Virus record (IMG/VR): IMGVR_UViG_3300025115_000006
Coordinates: 3,920 to 67,919 of that record
Length of the DNA: 64,000 nucleotides
Source: a virus
Direction: 5' to 3' (one strand)
The number at the start of each line of letters is the position of its first letter. The stretch's first letter is position 1. Shown one piece after another: positions 1 to 8,150 of the stretch. The position numbers and the translations under genes are program-made. Under the pieces are notes generated by a model. It made no database searches. It worked only from the letters and a program-made list of their open reading frames with translations, and was not told the origin of the DNA.

Positions 1-1360
1 TAAGATAAAGATTTCCTTCAAGTGTGTCTAGTATATTTTTTGCTGAAACACTATAATCAGTCTTCTCAATAAACTCACCAGAATCATTGACTAATCCATC
101 TCTTAGATTCCAAAACAATTCCTCATCTGAAATATCTTCAAGTGCTTCATAGAGTGACTCTAAAGACATCTCCTTTTGCTCATAGGCTGTTTTTGCATCT
201 TTAAGTGCTTTGATATATCCAAGTCTTCTAAACTGCTTAAAAACTCTATTTCCAACCGAATTCTCACCATCTTTTGCAAGAGATGTTTTTCTTAGTTGTA
301 ATAAGTCATGCACAAAGATTTCAATCTCATTTAACTTATTTATTTCATTAGAAGATAGATTTTCCTCTTCTATTAATTTAGCATCAATAATTGTGGAAGT
401 ATCAATAATTATATATGAGACTGAATTTATATCTTCATCTTCATTTTTATATGAAATTAAATTGTATCCTTTTGCTAAAATAAAGTCTCTGAATATCTTT
501 GAATACTGCTCTTTTTTATCTCTTCTGTGTGATACAATTCTTAATTTAGTTAGCAGTCTTTTTACTTCAATTTCATCTTCTGATAGTTTATTAGCAAGTT
601 CCGGAACTGCCCAATCAGAATTCATATCAAAATCAAACTCAAGTAAATTAAAGTTGCCTAGTTTTATTTCATATATATGTTTATAGCCTAGAGATTTAAC
701 AGCACTCTTTGTTCCACAGTGAATTCCAATCTCAGTGCTTTCCATTAAGTCTACAGTAGTAAAATCTTCTTTTGAACTTTGTGAGCCTTTATACACTGTT
801 AATGTTTTACTTGACTCAAAATCTTCTTCAATGCTTATCTTTTCATCAGACATCAATGTATTAAATCTGTCTTCCCATTTTTTAAACTCAACCTCAAACC
901 CTGCATCAATCTCATCATTTTCAAATGTTTCACTTGATGGAGTCTTTATCCAGCCATTATAAAGCGAAAAGACACCCTCTGATTGAGTGTTCGTTTCTTC
1001 TGATTCTACATATACTTCAACTTCATGACCTTTAATATTAATATCATATTTTTTGTTGAATAATGTCTTATATGCATTATATAAAATTAATAAAAGTCTT
1101 TTTTCTTCATCATTTTCAACACCAGACATGTCTGCAATGAGGTGTAAGTCTATATCACTTTCATCTGTGTAATTATAATTTGCATTGCTTCCAATGATAA
1201 TAATATCTTTTAATTTAAGTTCTATTTCATCTTCTTTTAGATTCTCAACAAAGTTGTTTGCTATTTGTAAAAGTTTTTCTTTTACTGCGGGAACAAGTTC
1301 TTCATTTTTCCACAGTTTTGTATTAAGAGTTGTTCTCACTTTCTCTCTTAACTGCTTCAT
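1..1360 (-). CDS. Pol-beta-superfamily nucleotidyltransferase with inserted ADP-ribosyltransferase-like domain (3' end outside window)
   Basis: Not in ORF track. Manual translation from ATG at 1360 (TAATG overlap with upstream stop) stays open to position 1: MKQLREKV...IIIGSNANYNYTDESDIDLHLI (GS...DxD motif)...VYKGS...GIHCGT...GYNLISYKNED...LRKTSLAKDGENSVGNRVFKQFRRLGYI. Confidence 0.8.
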   Translation of the reverse strand, partial: MKQLREKVRTTLNTKLWKNEELVPAVKEKLLQIANNFVENLKEDEIELKLKDIIIIGSNANYNYTDESDIDLHLIADMSGVENDEEKRLLLILYNAYKTLFNKKYDINIKGHEVEVYVESEETNTQSEGVFSLYNGWIKTPSSETFENDEIDAGFEVEFKKWEDRFNTLMSDEKISIEEDFESSKTLTVYKGSQSSKEDFTTVDLMESTEIGIHCGTKSAVKSLGYKHIYEIKLGNFNLLEFDFDMNSDWAVPELANKLSEDEIEVKRLLTKLRIVSHRRDKKEQYSKIFRDFILAKGYNLISYKNEDEDINSVSYIIIDTSTIIDAKLIEEENLSSNEINKLNEIEIFVHDLLQLRKTSLAKDGENSVGNRVFKQFRRLGYIKALKDAKTAYEQKEMSLESLYEALEDISDEELFWNLRDGLVNDSGEFIEKTDYSVSAKNILDTLEGNLYL

Positions 1361-2931
1361 TATTTTTGTTTCTCCCAACATTCTAATGCTGATTGATATC
1401 TTTCTTTTGGCTTAGGAAACTTTTCTTCTTTCTCTATCATGAATCTCTCAACAAATTGTTGTCTTGTTTCACCTTCAAGTTTTACAAGTTCAAACTGCTC
1501 TAAACTTTCACCCATAGATACTTCACCTATACCACCATCTGCTGTGGATGTTTCATTACCAAGTGCTTTATTAAAGAAGGCAACATTCTTTTCAACATCT
1601 CCTGCATTAGGATTTACAAATGCTCCCTTGGAACCTTTTTTATCTGTCTTTTTGTGTCTTCTTGCTGTTTTCTGTAACTCATTTTCTTCATTGAGTTCAT
1701 CTTCTTCTTCATCAAAATCATCGCCATATTGGTCATGATAACGGTCTTCATCATCTTCTGAATCATCATCTTCTGAATCATAATCATCTTTGCCTACATG
1801 TTTTTGAAGATATTCACTTTCATTTGCAATGGTTTTAAGGGCATCAAGAACATCTTCTGGAGACATGTTGTAATCTGCCTTGAAGAAAATTGCACCGTCA
1901 TCTGTAACATCAAATTCAAGTCCATCATATTTCTCATCATCAGGATAATTATCAAATGCCCAATTCTGAGTTTCTGCATCAGAAATAATTCCTTCAGGTC
2001 TTCCATCTCTTAACCAAACGGTGAAGTGAAAACCATCTTGAGTCCAATATTTGTCATAGAAATCTTTTTCTCCCTCATTTGTCATACAAACAAAGTCTTC
2101 AACAGGAGTTCCATCTTCTTTAATCCAATGCTTTTCTAATTTATTATTTTCTACTTCTTCTTTAATTTTTTTATCTTCTATTTCTTCTGGTCTAATATCT
2201 AGTCCTGCAGTAATGTGTCCATCTTTCATTAAGCCAAAATTATAGGTAATGTGAAATCTTCTATCTGGGTCAAACTTCTGAATCTTGCCTGAAATTCTAT
2301 CAAACTCTTTTTCAAATGTTTCTTTAGTGAAATTACTCTTCTTACTCACAATTTGAATGTGAACACTATAAGATTTATCATCACCAAATAAACTTCTATA
2401 CTTCTCAGAACTAGAAATTTCATATCCACCTGTCTTGAGTAAATTTAAAAATTTCTCAATTGTTTCTTCTGAAGGAGATGCATAGGTATAAGTCTCTTTC
2501 ATAGGCTCAGGATTAAGTTCTTTAAGTGGTTCAGGATTAGGCTCTTCTGAATCTTCCTCTGAATCTTTCACTGGTCTTAATTCAAGTTCTACTTCATATA
2601 TCTCTCTATAGTCAGCCTTAATAGTTTCTAAATCACACCCACTTGCACAGATGACAAAAAGGTCAGCGGGAAGTTCTTCTCCGTTGATATGTGCTGTATA
2701 GATTTCATAGCCATTTTCTTTTGCAAATTCAATTAAATCTTCAGTAGACATTCCAATCATACTTGCCAAACTATCAGCAAAAACATATCCTGGAATTTCA
2801 TTTTCCTCATCATCTAGACCCATTATTGTTGCATCATGCAATAACTCTAAGACATCAATATCTACATCAAATGTAGGAATTGTGTCTTCTGATTCGTATA
2901 ACTTATTTTTATTTTCAAATTTATTGTTCAT
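1360..2931 (-). CDS. acidic multi-domain protein, putative head-internal protein
   Basis: 523 aa, very D/E-rich, LYES/LKE/IKEE/LNEE linkers, C-terminal ETRQQFVERFM..FP...RY module, TGCTAAATT motif upstream. Confidence 0.65.
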   Translation of the reverse strand: MNNKFENKNKLYESEDTIPTFDVDIDVLELLHDATIMGLDDEENEIPGYVFADSLASMIGMSTEDLIEFAKENGYEIYTAHINGEELPADLFVICASGCDLETIKADYREIYEVELELRPVKDSEEDSEEPNPEPLKELNPEPMKETYTYASPSEETIEKFLNLLKTGGYEISSSEKYRSLFGDDKSYSVHIQIVSKKSNFTKETFEKEFDRISGKIQKFDPDRRFHITYNFGLMKDGHITAGLDIRPEEIEDKKIKEEVENNKLEKHWIKEDGTPVEDFVCMTNEGEKDFYDKYWTQDGFHFTVWLRDGRPEGIISDAETQNWAFDNYPDDEKYDGLEFDVTDDGAIFFKADYNMSPEDVLDALKTIANESEYLQKHVGKDDYDSEDDDSEDDEDRYHDQYGDDFDEEEDELNEENELQKTARRHKKTDKKGSKGAFVNPNAGDVEKNVAFFNKALGNETSTADGGIGEVSMGESLEQFELVKLEGETRQQFVERFMIEKEEKFPKPKERYQSALECWEKQK

Positions 2932-2977
2932 ATGGTCTCCTTAATGATTTTCAACATCATATAATTTAGCATTAGTT

Positions 2978-5900
2978 TTATGATTTTTTATTCTGTTTTC
3001 TGCATATTCTTTTATTTCTACTTTCCAAAAAGTTCGATGTGATGCATCTCTTTATTTTTTTCATGATAGATTTTTCATCCTCATTATTTAAATCATAGGT
3101 TGATTGTTGTCTCTTACAATATACAATTAATTGTTTATTGTCAGCATCAACTCTTCTGGAAATCCACTCCTCTAGAAGTTTCATTTGCTTTTGAGTTAAA
3201 CTGCTGTCTATAACAATCTTGCATCTATTCTCACTAAATGTTCTTCCGGTGTTTAGTGTGATAAAATTTAAATCTTCAACACAATAATTGTAGGGTCCAA
3301 TGAAAGAAAACTCATAGAACTCAGATAAAGAATAATAAAATACCGCCTCTAGAAATTCACCGTGTGTGTCATACTCAGTTGCATTTAATATGCTTCCATT
3401 TGGAGTTATTAGAATAACAGGAGTATCATAATAAATTGCGTCACTGTCAATATAAGAAATATCATCTTTGTCTGATAACTTTTCAACAGCGTCTAGAACA
3501 TCCTGCTCAGTTGGAAGTTTATATTCTTCATTTACTTCATTTATTTTATTTTCAACAACATTTGAGGTCTTATTTTTACTATAATATGATTTAATTTGTT
3601 GAATAATCTTATATCCAGTCCAGTTTCCTATCTGCTCCTCAAGACTTGTATAAGCACATGCACCTTCATATAAACTGAACACTTTATAGAATGTGTATTT
3701 TCTAGAAACTAAATCATATATTTCAGCCTTGCAGTATGAGACAGCATCTAGATATGTATCAATTATTCTCTCTAACTGTGCATATTGTTTTTGTGTAGGT
3801 TCTTTATATAGTCTTATACAAGTATCTTCTTCAAGATGAGTGCTTGAGAACTCAGCATATTCCATCTTCTGTAACTCAGGGTCCTCTCCATGATACTCCT
3901 GTAAATAGATGAGACTTCCATCATCTGTTACATATCCTGCAGTTTGAAGTTCAACACTTTCTTTAATAGTTTTATCTGCTTCAGTTAATTCATTGTTTAT
4001 TTGTTCAATCTTACTTATATCTGCCTGAGTGTATATAATCTGATACTCATCTTTGTATACAATTTTTTTAGGATGAACAATGAATTTTGTTAGATTATAT
4101 CCTAAAATTTCAAGGTCATATTTTATGTCATTAATAAACCCTTTAAATTTATTGTAACCAAATTCTGTAAAAGCACTTCTATAAATGTTTTTACCATATT
4201 TATCTCCAAATAAATTAACATTAGGAACAGGAAGTTCTTTTTCAATTTCATAAAAGGCTTCATCAAGGTCATTAATTACATCTTCTATTTCTGTGCCTAA
4301 ATATTTATCTTTTATATAACCTTGTTTATCTTTATATTTCTTTATAACACTATCTATTGACTGAAATAGTGAGCCAAATGTTTCTATTTCAAATCTGTAA
4401 AAAATGTCATCAGTCTCAATTTCAACCTCAACATCCTCTTCATCTTCTTCAGGCTCTTCTTTTTCAAGAGTTTTCTCAAGTTCTTTTATTTGAGTTCTAT
4501 ACTCATCATTAGTTAACACACCATCATTCCATTTTTTTATAACATCACTTATCTTTTTATGAACATCATCATTTGACTCTGTTAGTTTGACATTTGATAT
4601 TTTCTTTATTTCAATTATATCATCTTTTGAGTAATGTGTCAATCTTACTTCTGGAACAAGATATGCACTTCCATCTTCTGTAACATCAAATCTAAGTTGT
4701 TTATTTAAAGTCTTTTCAACCTCTAAAACATCATACTCTGCTAATATAGGTCTTATGTTTTCATTAATGTGTAATAAAACAACATAGAAGTAATCTGTTT
4801 CAAATTGATTGTTAATGTAAGTTGCAATATCATGATAATCTTCAAGTGAATATTCACTCAAAGGAAATGTGAAGATTGACTTCTTTCCAGACCATCTCAT
4901 TCCAGTGTTCATTGGTGTTATTTTATTGTTTTTCTGAAGAGCATTATATTCATTTTTGTTTATGAATCTAACATGAGTTGACTGTATATCTGTCTTACTC
5001 TCTTTAATGTTCATAACACTTGTTAATTGATAACCGTTTTTAGTAGTGTTTAGTTTATATATGTTAGTCACATCCTTTATTGTATACATAGATAGTCCAT
5101 ACTCAGTGACCTCCATTGTTGCTTCCCAATAATCATTAGGGTCTTCATAGTCTTCTTTTGATACATATACGTCACTATAAATACCTACACCTTTTTTAAC
5201 AGTATTTCTAGGAACTTCAATAACTACAACATAATCCTCAGAAACAATACCTGTCATAAATCTAGTTGCTTCATTTGCAATATAATCATTGTCTTTATAC
5301 TCAAGAAAAAATAAGTTCTTACCCTTTAATGTTGTATTGCCTTTTGCTGAATTATAAGCAATAATAGGCTTGCCTTGACTTAAAAGTTCGTATTCTCTTT
5401 GACCAATGAATCTAAAAAGTTTAATTGTATCTAATGTAGACGACTCCTTAAGTTTACCTGCGTGAGTTGCTTTTTTATTTGATTTACTCTCTATGGTATT
5501 CATATCATCTTGATGTGTAAGAATGTGATACAGTTCATTTTGACTTAAAAGATTATCACAGTAATCTCTTGCAAACTCCTCAACAACTTCTTCCTCATCT
5601 AATTCATCTAATTCAAAGACATCATTTAGATACTGAAATAGCCCGTGACCAACTTCATGAGCAATAGTTGACTTGATATCCATTCTTAAATCATCACCAT
5701 TTGCTTTTATAGACTGTTTATTTAAAGCAATAGGAAAAACACTTGCATCATCTTGAAGACTGTTTAAAAACATTCCTACACTGTCATTTTTAAATTCATA
5801 GTCTTTGACATATTCTGTCTCAAAGCCAAATCTATATAGGAATTTGTTTATTTCATTAAACTCATTTTCAACAACTGTTGTGAATCTATCTTTTTTTGAT

Positions 5901-7663
5901 TCCTCTAATTTTCCATTTGCATAGTATTTTGTAATCTTCTTGATAATCTCAGATGTATCAGGATACTCATCTTTGTTATACTTTGTTGCTGACCATGAAT
6001 TTCCTTCAACATACACTCTCAGTTTATCTTTACCCTCTTTAAAGAACTGATGAAATATATACTCATCAAGAGTGTCTAATGCTTGATTGGTAGGTCTTGT
6101 TTTTGGAAGATTGACATATAGATTGTCAAATAAGGTATCACCACTATTAACTTTAATGCAACCATTTTGAACAAGTGAATCTTCATCATCACTTAATCTG
6201 TAATTTGTGTCTAGTGTGTTATCTTTCACACCTAATTTATAATTTATAAAGTATTGAACCAACGAGTGAACGGGAAAATTACTAGGACGCATTTTATCCC
6301 AGTCTACTTTGTTATTAGGAATTCCTTTATATAAAGGCTCTCTAGCAACATCATCAAAATCTAACTCTTCACTACCAAAATAATCTTTCCACCACTGTTC
6401 CATATCAAGAAATTCTCCTGTTGGAAGAATGTATGAACTATATTTTGGTGGTCTTTTTGTGACTCCAAACTCATCTTTAACTAACTTATAAATTTTACTC
6501 CAAGAAGCATTTACAACTGATTCATTTACATTATCTACCAACTGAACTCTTGGAGTATTGCCATCAATCCAACCATTATGAACATAATGCTCTTTATATT
6601 TACCTAATGCCTTTGCTAGAGGACTTGCTTTGTATCTATCATCACTTCTTGTAGTAACTACACCAAAGTCATAAATAAATTTTCCTTCATAGCCGTCTTC
6701 TGAGACATCACTTCCATAAGTTTCTTTTTCTTTTCCATTTGGAGCATAAATATAGTAAATGACATTTCTGCCATAATCATCTAAGTATTCATCAAGTTCC
6801 CAAGATTTCATGTCACCATAATAACCACGATTAAGAGCCATTCTTACCATGTCACCATGAATGTAATCATAGGCATCACAGACAAAGAACCTGTTTAACT
6901 TTCTATCCCAAAGTATTCTCAATGAGATAGAAGATGCTTTTATGCGATTAGCAACCTCAATAGGACTTTTTGTTGTAAATATTTCTTTTTCATCATCAAC
7001 AAACTCTTCTTTTAGAATTCTCTCTTCCTTTAAAAATTTACCTAATGAATAGTATTGAACAATTGACTTAATAACATCATCATCACTGTCAACACTTAAA
7101 TCAAACACTGTGATATCTTTTGGTGTTTGAATAAGTAAAGGCTGTTCCATGTCATAAATGTCATTATTATCTATTTTATTTATTTTACTTGCAATGTCTC
7201 CAACAGCAAAATCAAACTCACCTTTTCTAGAAATTATTTGTCTGATTGCAGATATTTGAGATGCTGTGATTCTTGTATTTGGTAAATATAGATATGGATA
7301 TGTTACATTCATTTTAATTGAATTTTCTAATAGAGTTGTTACACCATCATTTCCAAACTTAGTATAAACCCAATCATCAAAATCTGAGTGTTCATAAGCC
7401 AGACTAAAATCAAAGTCATTAGAATCCATATTTTTTTCTGGATTTAAAAAATGACCATTAGGAAGTATATATGTTGACCACATATAAATTTTCTTTTGAC
7501 CAAACTGATTATCTATGGCGTCTAGTATTTCTTTATCTGTCACGCCTTCTGATGTTTGTTCAAGGATTCCATTGTCTAGATAGTTCTTTTTAAGCGTTTT
7601 TATTTTTAAATTTTTATCTTGTCTGTTCAAATTGATTGCCCTCACTATCCTATGAATAACCAC
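2978..7663 (-). CDS. large polyvalent protein (4 copies of an unknown domain, HExxH zincin, ART-like domains)
   Basis: 1561 aa ORF; AHEVGHG...EEFARDY; repeated YILPxG...CIKVN...PT..Q...IK.YY..G.LEES units; likely true start is TTG at 7630 after GAGGG. Confidence 0.75.
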   Translation of the reverse strand: MVIHRIVRAINLNRQDKNLKIKTLKKNYLDNGILEQTSEGVTDKEILDAIDNQFGQKKIYMWSTYILPNGHFLNPEKNMDSNDFDFSLAYEHSDFDDWVYTKFGNDGVTTLLENSIKMNVTYPYLYLPNTRITASQISAIRQIISRKGEFDFAVGDIASKINKIDNNDIYDMEQPLLIQTPKDITVFDLSVDSDDDVIKSIVQYYSLGKFLKEERILKEEFVDDEKEIFTTKSPIEVANRIKASSISLRILWDRKLNRFFVCDAYDYIHGDMVRMALNRGYYGDMKSWELDEYLDDYGRNVIYYIYAPNGKEKETYGSDVSEDGYEGKFIYDFGVVTTRSDDRYKASPLAKALGKYKEHYVHNGWIDGNTPRVQLVDNVNESVVNASWSKIYKLVKDEFGVTKRPPKYSSYILPTGEFLDMEQWWKDYFGSEELDFDDVAREPLYKGIPNNKVDWDKMRPSNFPVHSLVQYFINYKLGVKDNTLDTNYRLSDDEDSLVQNGCIKVNSGDTLFDNLYVNLPKTRPTNQALDTLDEYIFHQFFKEGKDKLRVYVEGNSWSATKYNKDEYPDTSEIIKKITKYYANGKLEESKKDRFTTVVENEFNEINKFLYRFGFETEYVKDYEFKNDSVGMFLNSLQDDASVFPIALNKQSIKANGDDLRMDIKSTIAHEVGHGLFQYLNDVFELDELDEEEVVEEFARDYCDNLLSQNELYHILTHQDDMNTIESKSNKKATHAGKLKESSTLDTIKLFRFIGQREYELLSQGKPIIAYNSAKGNTTLKGKNLFFLEYKDNDYIANEATRFMTGIVSEDYVVVIEVPRNTVKKGVGIYSDVYVSKEDYEDPNDYWEATMEVTEYGLSMYTIKDVTNIYKLNTTKNGYQLTSVMNIKESKTDIQSTHVRFINKNEYNALQKNNKITPMNTGMRWSGKKSIFTFPLSEYSLEDYHDIATYINNQFETDYFYVVLLHINENIRPILAEYDVLEVEKTLNKQLRFDVTEDGSAYLVPEVRLTHYSKDDIIEIKKISNVKLTESNDDVHKKISDVIKKWNDGVLTNDEYRTQIKELEKTLEKEEPEEDEEDVEVEIETDDIFYRFEIETFGSLFQSIDSVIKKYKDKQGYIKDKYLGTEIEDVINDLDEAFYEIEKELPVPNVNLFGDKYGKNIYRSAFTEFGYNKFKGFINDIKYDLEILGYNLTKFIVHPKKIVYKDEYQIIYTQADISKIEQINNELTEADKTIKESVELQTAGYVTDDGSLIYLQEYHGEDPELQKMEYAEFSSTHLEEDTCIRLYKEPTQKQYAQLERIIDTYLDAVSYCKAEIYDLVSRKYTFYKVFSLYEGACAYTSLEEQIGNWTGYKIIQQIKSYYSKNKTSNVVENKINEVNEEYKLPTEQDVLDAVEKLSDKDDISYIDSDAIYYDTPVILITPNGSILNATEYDTHGEFLEAVFYYSLSEFYEFSFIGPYNYCVEDLNFITLNTGRTFSENRCKIVIDSSLTQKQMKLLEEWISRRVDADNKQLIVYCKRQQSTYDLNNEDEKSIMKKIKRCITSNFLESRNKRICRKQNKKS

Positions 7664-7770
7664 TCATCTAATTTAGCAACAAAAAAAGAGTGTTTTAATT
7701 TGTCATTGAAAACAAAATAAAGTCTACATAAATACATGATGTAGACATTATTATACAATATTTTATTTTT

Positions 7771-8133
7771 TTAAATGAAGTCAGTTCTGCTCACACCAAA
7801 GTATGCATAAGGGTCTCTTTCATAATCTCTAGCATCTTTGTAATATTCAAAAGCCTCATCTTCAAAGTGTGCTAATATATCATCTTCAAACCATTCAATA
7901 AATTCATCTTCATGCTCACTAATAAAATCTGTGAGCATTGAAAAGTCAAAATCTTTTTCATTAATATCTTCCCAAGTTGAGATTACTTGTATCTTCTTCT
8001 CATCAGAAAGTTTTGACCCTATTTCATGAACAAACTCTAAAATCTGTTCTTTTGAAATTATTTTGATGAAATCATTCAATTCAATCTCATACTCAAAGTC
8101 TGTATCATTAAAGTTATATATAATTGTAGACAT
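7771..8133 (-). CDS. small acidic hypothetical protein
   Basis: 120 aa, AAGGAG RBS, D/E-rich. Confidence 0.7.
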   Translation of the reverse strand: MSTIIYNFNDTDFEYEIELNDFIKIISKEQILEFVHEIGSKLSDEKKIQVISTWEDINEKDFDFSMLTDFISEHEDEFIEWFEDDILAHFEDEAFEYYKDARDYERDPYAYFGVSRTDFI

Positions 8134-8150
8134 TAATTTAGTCTCCTTGT

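Noticed and set aside
375-383. TGCTAAATT copies inside coding sequence (also near 51218 and 62422)
   Set aside because: They encode Ala-Lys-Leu/Phe within ORFs and are expected by chance in AT-rich DNA
2495-2545. Short tandem peptide repeat NPEPLKE/NPEPMKE
   Set aside because: Only two copies in a low-complexity linker
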